NCBI GenBank assembly: GCA_963764165.1
Contig: CAVXRD010000002.1
Span: forward strand, 1,408,001 to 1,472,000
Direction: 5' to 3'
Length of the DNA: 64,000 nt
Source: an uncultured Verrucomicrobiae bacterium
GTDB lineage: Bacteria > Verrucomicrobiota > Verrucomicrobiia > Limisphaerales > Palsa-1400
The position numbers and the translations under genes are program-made. Each line of letters starts with the position of its first letter. Positions within the stretch are counted from its first letter, which is position 1. Shown one piece after another: positions 30,670 to 39,311 of this stretch. The notes beneath the pieces are model-generated. The model worked only from the letters and a program-made list of their open reading frames with translations. It ran no database searches and had not been told where the DNA came from.

Positions 30670-31977
30670 ATGCCGCAAAAAGCACGCATGTCGGTAAACG
30701 CAAGCAACGTCCTCTCCGTCATCATGGGTGGAGGCCAGGGCACGCGCCTGTTCCCATTAACCCGCGAGCGCAGCAAACCCGCCGTGCCCCTGGCGGGAAA
30801 GTACCGGCTGGTGGACATTCCCATTTCCAACTGCATCAACTCCGGCCTGCGCCGCATATATCTTCTCACGCAGTTCAACTCCGCTTCGCTGCACCGCCAC
30901 ATATCGCAGTCATATAAATTCGACCAGTTCACCGGCGGCTTCGTTGAAATATTGGCGGCCGAGCAAACTTTTTCAGACACGTCCTGGTATCAGGGCACGG
31001 CGGACGCGGTGCGGAAAAATCTCCTTCATTTTCTGAATCACGATTACGACTACTTGCTGATTCTCAGCGGCGACCAGCTATACAGGATGGATTTTCGCGG
31101 AATCATTGCCGAGCACGCGGAATCGGATGCGGACATCACCGTTGCAACCATTCCTATCCCTAGGAAAGAGGCGAGCGCCTTTGGCATCATGCAAATCGAT
31201 TCGTCCAAACGCATTCACCGCTTTGTCGAGAAACCCAAAGACCCCGCGGTGCTGGACTCGCTGCGCGTGGATGCCGCCATCCAAAAGCAGTTCAATTTGG
31301 ATCCGAAGGAGGATCATTTGCTGGCCTCCATGGGCATCTACCTGTTCAACCGCGAGGTGGTGCTCAAGCTGTTGGACAATACACACACTGATTTCGGCAA
31401 GCACATCATTCCCGGGGCCATTGACACCCACAAAGTGCAAGCCCTGATTTTCCAAGGCTATTGGGAGGACGTTGGAACAATCCGCTCGTATTTCGAGGCG
31501 AACCTGGATTTGGTTTCGGACCTGCCGCGATTCAATTTCTTTGACATGAGCGCGCCCATCTTCACCCGACCCCGCTTCCTGCCCGCTTCGAAAATCAATT
31601 CGGCGGAAATCGATCACGGCGTCATTTCGGACGGATGCATCATTAACCGCTCGCATGTCAATCATAGCATTGTCGGCGTGCGCAGCGTGATTGACGAAGG
31701 CGCAAGCCTGCACCGCACCATCCTGCTGGGCTGCGACTATTATGAATCGGACGTTTCGATCCGCGAGCACGCCGAGCGCGGGCTGCCCAAGATCGGCGTT
31801 GGCCGCGGCACGGTGATCGAGAATGCGATTATTGACAAGAATGCGCGCATTGGGGCCAATTGCCGCATCTCGCCCGCAGGCAAGCCCGAGAACGTCGATC
31901 ACCCGCTCTATTACATTCGCGATGGCATCGTCATCGTTCCCAAGAACGGAATCATTCCCGATGGGACGATTATTTGA
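30670..31977 (+). CDS. glgC: Glucose-1-phosphate adenylyltransferase
   Basis: GGGQGTRLFPLT, RSKPAVP, WYQGTADAV, YWEDVGT. Confidence 0.97.
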   Translation: MPQKARMSVNASNVLSVIMGGGQGTRLFPLTRERSKPAVPLAGKYRLVDIPISNCINSGLRRIYLLTQFNSASLHRHISQSYKFDQFTGGFVEILAAEQTFSDTSWYQGTADAVRKNLLHFLNHDYDYLLILSGDQLYRMDFRGIIAEHAESDADITVATIPIPRKEASAFGIMQIDSSKRIHRFVEKPKDPAVLDSLRVDAAIQKQFNLDPKEDHLLASMGIYLFNREVVLKLLDNTHTDFGKHIIPGAIDTHKVQALIFQGYWEDVGTIRSYFEANLDLVSDLPRFNFFDMSAPIFTRPRFLPASKINSAEIDHGVISDGCIINRSHVNHSIVGVRSVIDEGASLHRTILLGCDYYESDVSIREHAERGLPKIGVGRGTVIENAIIDKNARIGANCRISPAGKPENVDHPLYYIRDGIVIVPKNGIIPDGTII

Positions 31978-32449
31978 CGGCTGTTTGGCGGCAGGCATGG
32001 CGATGGGGCTGGCAGGATGCGCGTCTTCGTCGCCTTCACCGGACCCGTCCTTTGCCAATTCGAACAGCCGCCCGGCTCAGGCCAAGGCCAAGGCGAACCC
32101 GTATCCAACGGTTCCCACCACGCATTACGCCTTGCCTGAAATGCCCGACACCAAGCGGTGCCTTGTCGCTCCCGCGCTCCAGCAGATTATCTCCATTGAG
32201 CGTGTCGGGATGCTCAAACCGGTGGACGGCAATCTCAAAATCGAGGTCAAAATAAAAAACCTGACCGGTTCGCCCCAGCATTTCCAATATCACTTGGAAT
32301 GGTTCGATGGGGACGGCCAGAAACTGCCTGTCATCGACGACGGCTATCGCACCTGGCTCCTGGTCGACCATGAGATCGCTTACATCGGGGCGACCGCGCC
32401 GACGGCCTACGCGGCCGATTTTGGAATCGCCTTCGTGCCGGGGGAGTAG
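31961..32449 (+). CDS. YcfL/DUF1425-like lipoprotein
   Basis: Lipobox LAGC; KNLT...FQYHLEWFDGDG pattern. Confidence 0.7.
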   Translation: MGRLFDGCLAAGMAMGLAGCASSSPSPDPSFANSNSRPAQAKAKANPYPTVPTTHYALPEMPDTKRCLVAPALQQIISIERVGMLKPVDGNLKIEVKIKNLTGSPQHFQYHLEWFDGDGQKLPVIDDGYRTWLLVDHEIAYIGATAPTAYAADFGIAFVPGE

Positions 32450-32576
32450 GTCGAATCAACTTGCTCTGCTCCCGAACGTGCGCACAGCAAGGGAACAGTT
32501 GCAACCGCAGGGCGATGGGATAGGGCTTCTCGCTTCAGATAACAGGTTTGATACATCAATGCATGATCTCCAAAAA

Positions 32577-32670
32577 GTGGCAACATCCGTTACATTGTTG
32601 AATACGAGGCATTTAAGTGGCAACAAAAATGGCAACAGAGCGGCAACAAGCGGCAACAAACTGGCAACAT
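32577..32670. repeat. Cluster of six GGCAACA direct repeats (iteron-like)
   Basis: GGCAACA at 32579, 32619, 32631, 32642, 32652 and 32663. Confidence 0.85.
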
Positions 32671-32671
32671 T

Positions 32672-34015
32672 TTAGTCCGATTGTTGTGGCAGCCTTCCGA
32701 TGCCGCTGTTTTTTCTCGCCTCGCGCAGCTTGGCGAATGTTTGCATCAGGTCCAAAGCCGCTCTGTTTGGGGGTTCCTGGGTGGGGGCTTGTTCTTTTTG
32801 GGCTTCCTCCTTTTTTGCTTCGGCCTCCGCCTCCTCGAAGAGGTTCGACCTCTGGCGTATTTCTTCCAGCCGCGCGTCCAGATCGGCCTTCGGCACATAG
32901 CGTTTCAGCGCTTCGCGGAACTCGGTGGCGATGTATCCTTTGTTGACTTCGCGGCCCACTCTTATAGTCGAGGGTTTGATGCCGTAGGCTCGCAAGAGTT
33001 TCGAGATTCGATACTCGTCGATGGCTGAGCCCTCCAACGCCGTCGAGGTCATTCCACCTTTGCCGTCGCGCAAAATGGTGACAAGCTCGCGGCTGAACAT
33101 TTTCTCGCGGCCCCACTCGACGAAAATCGAAAGGATGTCCAGCAGCAGTCTGGTCCCGACGTTTTCGGACTGCGTCGCGGTCAGCGACAGGGCGGCGGCA
33201 TGCAGTTTTCCTTCCCATTCCCCGCCCGCAAGACGCGCAATCACGTAGAGCGGATCGAAGGTGTCCGCCGCCCGATCATTCAAGCCCGCCCCGCGGATTT
33301 TCTCAAATCGCGCGATGGATTCGCTGGCGTCCAGCGCGAAGCGCGCGCATTTCGCTTTTATCTCCGCCGTGTTCAAGTCAGTCAGCGGCGCGCACGTTTC
33401 GGTGGTCAGCTTGCGCGACATTTTCACGACAATGGAGCGATCGGCAATGGTATCCGGCGCTTCACCGATCAGCGCGATGACCTTCGGGCACCAGCAGCTA
33501 TACCGTTTCAAGCCCGTTTCCCCGGTTTCAGCGGCAGGCATTGGCTGCGCCTCAAGCCGAGGCTGTTTTTGTTTGGTTTTCGACAAGCGGAGGACATAAG
33601 CGGTGCGCCAGGTGTTGCCGGAATTGATGATGCCCCGCATGGCGCTATTGCGGGCGAGAAACGTATCCGCCTCATCAATGAAAAGAGTCGGGCGGCACCC
33701 ATCAATGGCGCGAAACAGCGCGCCGACGGTGATATTGGACGCGATCAAAGGCTTGTGCGCCATGGCCGCCAGCACCGAGACCAGCGTCGTCTTGCCGCAC
33801 CGTTTCTCCGGCGATTCAATCGCCACATACGCAACCGCATCGCGCAACTCGAAGGTGTAAGTGTGCAGCACCCACACCGCGAGCGCCGCCGCCGCATGGC
33901 CATTGAGCACGACATGTTTTTTGATAACCGTTTCGATTTCCGTCAACAACACGGCCAAATCGACCGTCCCTGGATACGGTGGCACTGCGTCAAAGAGAAA
34001 AGATTCCTGTTTCAT
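32672..34015 (-). CDS. DUF3631-type P-loop ATPase (mobile-element replication/helicase-like)
   Basis: WVLHTY, Walker A SPEKRCGKTT, Walker B LFIDEAD, TIADRS, LNDRAAD, YGIKP...KGY. Confidence 0.75.
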   Translation of the reverse strand: MKQESFLFDAVPPYPGTVDLAVLLTEIETVIKKHVVLNGHAAAALAVWVLHTYTFELRDAVAYVAIESPEKRCGKTTLVSVLAAMAHKPLIASNITVGALFRAIDGCRPTLFIDEADTFLARNSAMRGIINSGNTWRTAYVLRLSKTKQKQPRLEAQPMPAAETGETGLKRYSCWCPKVIALIGEAPDTIADRSIVVKMSRKLTTETCAPLTDLNTAEIKAKCARFALDASESIARFEKIRGAGLNDRAADTFDPLYVIARLAGGEWEGKLHAAALSLTATQSENVGTRLLLDILSIFVEWGREKMFSRELVTILRDGKGGMTSTALEGSAIDEYRISKLLRAYGIKPSTIRVGREVNKGYIATEFREALKRYVPKADLDARLEEIRQRSNLFEEAEAEAKKEEAQKEQAPTQEPPNRAALDLMQTFAKLREARKNSGIGRLPQQSD

Positions 34016-34142
34016 AATTGTCTTTTTCCTTTTGAGACTGCCACGGCTGCTTGGACAAAGGTTGTCCAGGTGGAGACATCTTATGCGGAGCGCAATAACA
34101 AAGCGTTCGGTTAAAACGGGTGGGGCTTATTGCCATGGCAGC

Positions 34143-34330
34143 AGTCCCGTTTAGGGGCGGAATCTCTATAGAAAGCGAACCAATCCAATATTTCCCGAGC
34201 TCCGTCCCAGGAGCGGCATCGCCAACCGGCAGACGTTGGCGGCTTGTGTGGACGGAATATGTCGCGCCCTACGGGGCTCGGGATTCTTTCTTTGTGGTTA
34301 CTATAAATATGACGTCCCTAACGGCACTCA
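34143..34330. repeat. Four-unit REP/REPIN-like inverted structure
   Basis: GTCCCGTTTAGGGGCGGAATCTCTATAG / GAGCTCCGTCCCAGGAGCGGCAT ... ATGTCGCGCCCTACGGGGCTC / CTATAAATATGACGTCCCTAACGGCAC. Confidence 0.6.
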
Positions 34331-34444
34331 CCAGCCATGGCCACTCCACTTCAGCGCTCATCCACTTCTGATCACATCCTCGCGACTCTCAAACTCTGCG
34401 CAGACCGGCTTGTCGAGTGGGTTGACGCATGGTAGTGTTGGCGC

Positions 34445-34702
34445 ATGAGCGCGACATTGACGATCAATTTGGACGCGGACATCGTCCGACTTGCTGAACA
34501 GGAAGCAGAGGCTCGCCATACAACTCTGTCCGAAGTAGTTGCCCGCCAATTGCGCGTGATGGCTCAAAACTGGCAGGACAGCAGAGCAGGCAGGACGCCG
34601 GTTACCGATTCGTTGCGCGGTGTGGTGAAGCTGCCTCCGGATTTCGACGAAGCCGTGGCGTTGACGGAGGAGTTGCAGAATAAACATGGAGCCCAGGGAT
34701 AA
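34445..34702 (+). CDS. Ribbon-helix-helix antitoxin (DUF6364-like)
   Basis: LTINLD...LSEVV...TPVTDSLRGVV; upstream of a PIN gene. Confidence 0.75.
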   Translation: MSATLTINLDADIVRLAEQEAEARHTTLSEVVARQLRVMAQNWQDSRAGRTPVTDSLRGVVKLPPDFDEAVALTEELQNKHGAQG

Positions 34703-35123
34703 AGTATTCCTGGACACGGATGTGGTTTTGGATCACCTCGCTGACCGCCAGCCATTCGCCGAATACGCCCACCGGATCTTCTGTCTGGCCGAAACTGGCG
34801 AACTCACCGTCTGTGTTTCGTCTCTCTCATTCAGCAATCTTTACTACATTCTGCGGAAGCTCAAAGGAGGGCCGGATGCGCTGGCGCTGTTGCGCAAATT
34901 GAAGCTGTTAGTTCAAGTGACCGTTGTCGGCGAAACGCAAATCCAGTCCGCGCTCGCGTCCGGCTTCACCGATTTTGAGGATGGTATTCAGCATTTCACC
35001 GCCAAAGCGGAGGGTGGAATCAACGCCATAGTCACCCGCAACCAGGCCGACTACTCCGCAAGCGAGATGCCCGTTCTCTCGCCTGAAGAATTTCTTGAAA
35101 AGTTTGAGCGCCCTTCAAAATAA
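34686..35123 (+). CDS. PIN domain toxin
   Basis: VFLDTDVVLDHL...DFEDGIQ...IVTRN. Confidence 0.88.
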   Translation: MEPRDKVFLDTDVVLDHLADRQPFAEYAHRIFCLAETGELTVCVSSLSFSNLYYILRKLKGGPDALALLRKLKLLVQVTVVGETQIQSALASGFTDFEDGIQHFTAKAEGGINAIVTRNQADYSASEMPVLSPEEFLEKFERPSK

Positions 35124-35271
35124 GAGTCCAACACAATCGCATATTTGACACGGCGAAATCTCAGGGCTGCTTTGGGCGGATGATCAAAATGGGATAGCCC
35201 GGAATTTCCGCGGCTTCCAAGTGATAATCATCTTCATCACCTCTTAAGGTTGAGGCGCGTAGTGTGGCGTC

Positions 35272-36864
35272 ATGAAAACATTCGGTTCATGGTTTTGCAT
35301 TTTGCTGGTCTCCCAACATTTGCGCGGGGCGCAAAATTTGGTTGCCAATTCCGGCTTCGAGCAACGCCTGGGCGCGGCTCCGGTTGGATTTGCCCTGTCT
35401 GGTGGCGCGGAATATTGCTATCTGGGCGATTCGCGCCGCGATTGCAGCAGCATGGGCATCGCGCTCGCGTCGGCCCAGCCGTCGGGCTCTGTTTCGTGCA
35501 TCGTCAGCGGCCTCAAGGAAAAGCCGGGAAAGTGGTTTCGCTTCGCGTTTCGCGGATTGCCGCAGGACGGCTTCGCTGTCAATGATAACAACCTTTTCAT
35601 GCGGATCGAGTTCTTCGGCGCCGGCGGAAAAATCTCCTACGATGCGAAGGAAAAGCGCATCTACGACCAGGTGCAATCGCTCCGCCGCGATTTAACAACG
35701 AACGGCGACCGGCACCAGCATGGCGCCGAGGCGTGGCGGAATTTCATGGTCGATTTTCGCCTGCCATTTCCGCAAGTCGACCAGGTCAAATTGACGGTGG
35801 GGTTTGACGAGGGCGCGGCGGCACAGAAATCGAACGCGTCATTTTTTGTGGACGATGTGAGCCTGACTTGCATCCCGGATCCCGCCGGCGTGCCGACGCC
35901 TTCAGCGCGCCCCACCGCTGTCGCTTCCGCAACTCCCTTGGTGCCGCTGGGAGGGCGCTGGTTCTACGCCGCCACAGACGGCGAAACCGAGGCGCCCTCG
36001 GAGTTTAACGCTTCGAATGCCGATCGGCTGCTTTACCACGACAGCGTTTACTCCGCGCCGTTTGCCGGCAACACGACCGCCTGGCTTCGCGCGGGCGACA
36101 AATCCGCCGAAGGCAGCGTCGTTTCGCGCGATAAGCTCATCGCGGATAACGTCACGATTCGTTTCGAATCTGGCGAGATGGTGGTTCGCACGCACGGAAT
36201 TCCCAACCATCCGACCGGGCGATTCCCGGAGATGGGCTTTGGCAATCCGAATTACATCACCGAACGGGTGCAGAATTTTTACATTCCGCTCTCGCCGGTG
36301 GAAAATCCGAAACGCTTCGTCACCGATCTTCACAATGCCAACCACGCGCTGCCGATGGGGCCCATCGGGCTGGCTGTCAATGGCGTGGTCTTTTTCAATC
36401 CGTTCGACATGGGCAATACCGATGCGGCCGACATGATGGATCGCTGCTGCGGCCATCCAAATCAGGATGGCCAATACCATTATCACAAGTATCCGATCTG
36501 CGTAAACTCGCCGTGGGCCGATGATGGAAAAGCGCATTCGCCGCTGCTCGGCTGGGCCTTCGACGGCTATCCGCTTTACGGCCCCTACGAAAGCGCGGAC
36601 GTCATGGCGAAGGACATCCAAGGCGAACACGCTTTGAACGAATTCAACATGCACTACGATGCCGAGCGTGGATGGCATTATCACGTCACACCCGGAAAAT
36701 TTCCGTATCTCATCGGCGGCTACTGGGGCATGCGCGATCGCAAGGACGCCGCGCTGCGCCCGCCGCCCAGCACACGAGGCGGACGGCGCGGTCCGGGTGG
36801 GCCGGGCGGACCGGGTGGCCCTCGCGGCGGACCGCCCCCAGATGGATCAATGCCTCGAGAGTGA
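35272..36864 (+). CDS. Secreted YHYH domain protein with N-terminal CBM-like domain
   Basis: NLVANSGFE; GPIGLAVNGV, GHP, YHYH, GWAFDGYPLYGP, WHYH; Gly/Pro tail. Confidence 0.85.
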   Translation: MKTFGSWFCILLVSQHLRGAQNLVANSGFEQRLGAAPVGFALSGGAEYCYLGDSRRDCSSMGIALASAQPSGSVSCIVSGLKEKPGKWFRFAFRGLPQDGFAVNDNNLFMRIEFFGAGGKISYDAKEKRIYDQVQSLRRDLTTNGDRHQHGAEAWRNFMVDFRLPFPQVDQVKLTVGFDEGAAAQKSNASFFVDDVSLTCIPDPAGVPTPSARPTAVASATPLVPLGGRWFYAATDGETEAPSEFNASNADRLLYHDSVYSAPFAGNTTAWLRAGDKSAEGSVVSRDKLIADNVTIRFESGEMVVRTHGIPNHPTGRFPEMGFGNPNYITERVQNFYIPLSPVENPKRFVTDLHNANHALPMGPIGLAVNGVVFFNPFDMGNTDAADMMDRCCGHPNQDGQYHYHKYPICVNSPWADDGKAHSPLLGWAFDGYPLYGPYESADVMAKDIQGEHALNEFNMHYDAERGWHYHVTPGKFPYLIGGYWGMRDRKDAALRPPPSTRGGRRGPGGPGGPGGPRGGPPPDGSMPRE

Positions 36865-37323
36865 TATGGCCATTGGCCCTGGGCGATATTCTGCGCTCGC
36901 GGGCTCAAGTCGGGAATGATTTGTGCCGATGCGATAAGGGGGGATGGATTTTTGGTTGGATCAAATCGTTTCAAGCAATCCGTCGGGCCTCGGCTTTTTG
37001 CTTTCATAGGAGCTTTTCTCGCGATGTTTCGGTTGACTGGATTGCGTCATTCTTTCCCAGTCTCTTTATGTATTCTATTGAGACAGGAGCGTGTGCCGGT
37101 TCTTTACATTTTCTTCGCCGGCTCAGGCCGAAACTCCAGCGCCGAATAAATCTTCCAAGAACTCCACGCTGAACGAAGCCCTGTGATTTCATCCCTCCCT
37201 GCCTGCGCCGCCAGAGGTAAAATGCCGCCAATCATTTGACACGCGGCTCACGGCCCGGGAGGCCTCCAGGCCAATTGAAACGGCCCGGGACCCTGCTGGT
37301 ATGCCGGGTGCTAAAGGGAAGGC

Positions 37324-37887
37324 GTGATGAAATGGGTTACACGCATTCAGAAAAGGGTTTGTTTGACACTTGGGCTGGCTGGCGCCCTGTTCAGTTTCGC
37401 GGATTGCGCCCGTGCCGCGGATTCTGTCCAATTGGGCTGGAATCCCAGCAGCGATCCAACCGTCGCTGGTTATTTGGTTTCGTACGGCGCGGTGAGCGGA
37501 ATTTACACAAACACGACGGATGTGGGCACCAACTTGACGGCCCGGCTTTCCGGGATGGCGCCGGGACAAACGTATTATTTTGTGGTGGCCGCTTACAATG
37601 CCCTTCGCGTATCCAGCGCGCCCACGCCGGAAGTGGCGTTCACTGTCCTGGCGCAAGGCTCGGGCAACAGCGTCGTGCTCGGGGTGCCTTCCATTTCGAG
37701 CAACGGCATTGCGATTCAGTTCAGTGTCACCGCATCCAACACTTATCACCTTCAGACATCGGCGGATTTGATTTCATGGGCCGAGTTTTCGACGATTTCC
37801 AGCGGAACAACCAATGGGGTAGTGGAGTTGGTGGATGCAGTCGACAAAACCGTGAGCGCCCGCTTTTACAGGCTGGTGCTGCAGTGA
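37324..37887 (+). CDS. Secreted fibronectin type III domain protein
   Basis: Signal peptide; LGWNPS...VAGY.VSYG...GQTYYFVVAAYN. Confidence 0.8.
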   Translation: MMKWVTRIQKRVCLTLGLAGALFSFADCARAADSVQLGWNPSSDPTVAGYLVSYGAVSGIYTNTTDVGTNLTARLSGMAPGQTYYFVVAAYNALRVSSAPTPEVAFTVLAQGSGNSVVLGVPSISSNGIAIQFSVTASNTYHLQTSADLISWAEFSTISSGTTNGVVELVDAVDKTVSARFYRLVLQ

Positions 37888-37986
37888 CGAAAAATCCGGC
37901 GCCATGGCAAAGGGATGGCGCCTGAAACCATCAGATTTTTGATTGATCTGTGTAAATCTGTGGCTTCTTCACTCTCCGGCCCTGTG

Positions 37987-38469
37987 TCAGTATTTCTTCG
38001 TGAAGCGCTTGCGCGATTCCAGTTCCTCAGGCTTTTCTCCGGGGAGAGCTGGCTCGCTGACGGGTGTTTCCTGTTCGTCCACCGGCGGGCTGGGTGGAGA
38101 TGGCTGGTCGCTGGTGGCGGCGGGGGGATCGGCGGGTTGCGGTTCGAATTTGGCCGGATGATCCACCGCTTCCACAAAGGCCATGCGCAGGTGAGTCAGG
38201 CTTTGGTTCAAGAGCGCTTCTTCGCGGCGGTCGAGATTCCCCTTTGTCTTGACTGCCAGCATCTCAAGTTGATCGATGAAGTATTGGGCGTGCTCCAGTT
38301 CCAGCTCGACTTTTCCAGTCTGCGGGTTGGGTGCTTTGCCGAGAAAGACCAGGGCCATGTTCGTGTTCTGGATCACCATGTTGGCAAACATGGCGGACAT
38401 CATCTCCGCCTGGCTCATGGCCGGGCCCTCGTCAATGTGGCTGGGTGGCGTGCTGGTGCTTGTGCTCAT
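37987..38469 (-). CDS. DUF1844 domain protein
   Basis: LG..PNP.TG...AQYFIDQLEMLAVKTKGNL. Confidence 0.8.
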   Translation of the reverse strand: MSTSTSTPPSHIDEGPAMSQAEMMSAMFANMVIQNTNMALVFLGKAPNPQTGKVELELEHAQYFIDQLEMLAVKTKGNLDRREEALLNQSLTHLRMAFVEAVDHPAKFEPQPADPPAATSDQPSPPSPPVDEQETPVSEPALPGEKPEELESRKRFTKKY

Positions 38470-39110
38470 TTTGTCTTCTTTTTCCGTCTTTCGGTAATCT
38501 CCATCATCAAAAACTGGATGAGTTGTTTCAGGCGGGGCTCCACTTCAATCGTCTCCAGCATGGCCTGGCGTTCCGCCGCGCCGCGCAGCAAGGACCACGA
38601 AATGAGGTCGGCGACGCGGTCCGGATCGTTGAGCGATTCCAGGCAGGCGACGATTTCCTTGATGGGCGTGTTCTTGAGCGTGCCTTCCGCCACGGGCAAT
38701 TCCTGCTCAATGCGTTCGGTCACCAAGTCCCGCACCTTGGCCATCAAGGCGTCGATGGCCACGCTGTCGCGGACGGGCGTCGGGAGCGGGCGGATGCGGT
38801 TGACGCGGAAGGGTGTCCGCTGGACGGTTTCGCCGAGTTGCACGCGGGTCAGGCCTTCGAGGATCAATACGGAAGTGCCGTCCGATTGCTGAAAGCTGAC
38901 GGCCACGAGGCCCAGGCCAGCCACGGAATATGGGACTTCCCGCGAACTGCCGGGCTTGCGCATGGCAATGACAAAGGTCCGGTGCGTGTTCAAAACTTCC
39001 TCGAGCATGGCGCGATAGCGCGGCTCGAAGATATGGAGGCGCATCCGGGCTTGAGGGAAAAGCGTGGCGTTTGGCAACGTCATCACCGGAGCCTCATCTG
39101 GAATTTCCAT
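38466..39110 (-). CDS. LON peptidase substrate-binding (N-terminal) domain protein
   Basis: LFP...LHIFEPRYRAML motif. Confidence 0.88.
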   Translation of the reverse strand: MEIPDEAPVMTLPNATLFPQARMRLHIFEPRYRAMLEEVLNTHRTFVIAMRKPGSSREVPYSVAGLGLVAVSFQQSDGTSVLILEGLTRVQLGETVQRTPFRVNRIRPLPTPVRDSVAIDALMAKVRDLVTERIEQELPVAEGTLKNTPIKEIVACLESLNDPDRVADLISWSLLRGAAERQAMLETIEVEPRLKQLIQFLMMEITERRKKKTK

Positions 39111-39311
39111 GCAGCTAATCTAGGCACGCGGCCGGCGTGTGGCAAGTCTTGGAGATTTGGCGAAGCGGGGAATTTATAGGACCCATAGGACTAATAAGAG
39201 AAATGGGACCGCGTACTCCGGTCGACCACCCCCAATTGTCACCGAATAGCGCGGGTTCTGCCCCATACTCGGCGGCGTGGCATTTTGCCAGATTGCTGAG
39301 GATTTCGCTAT

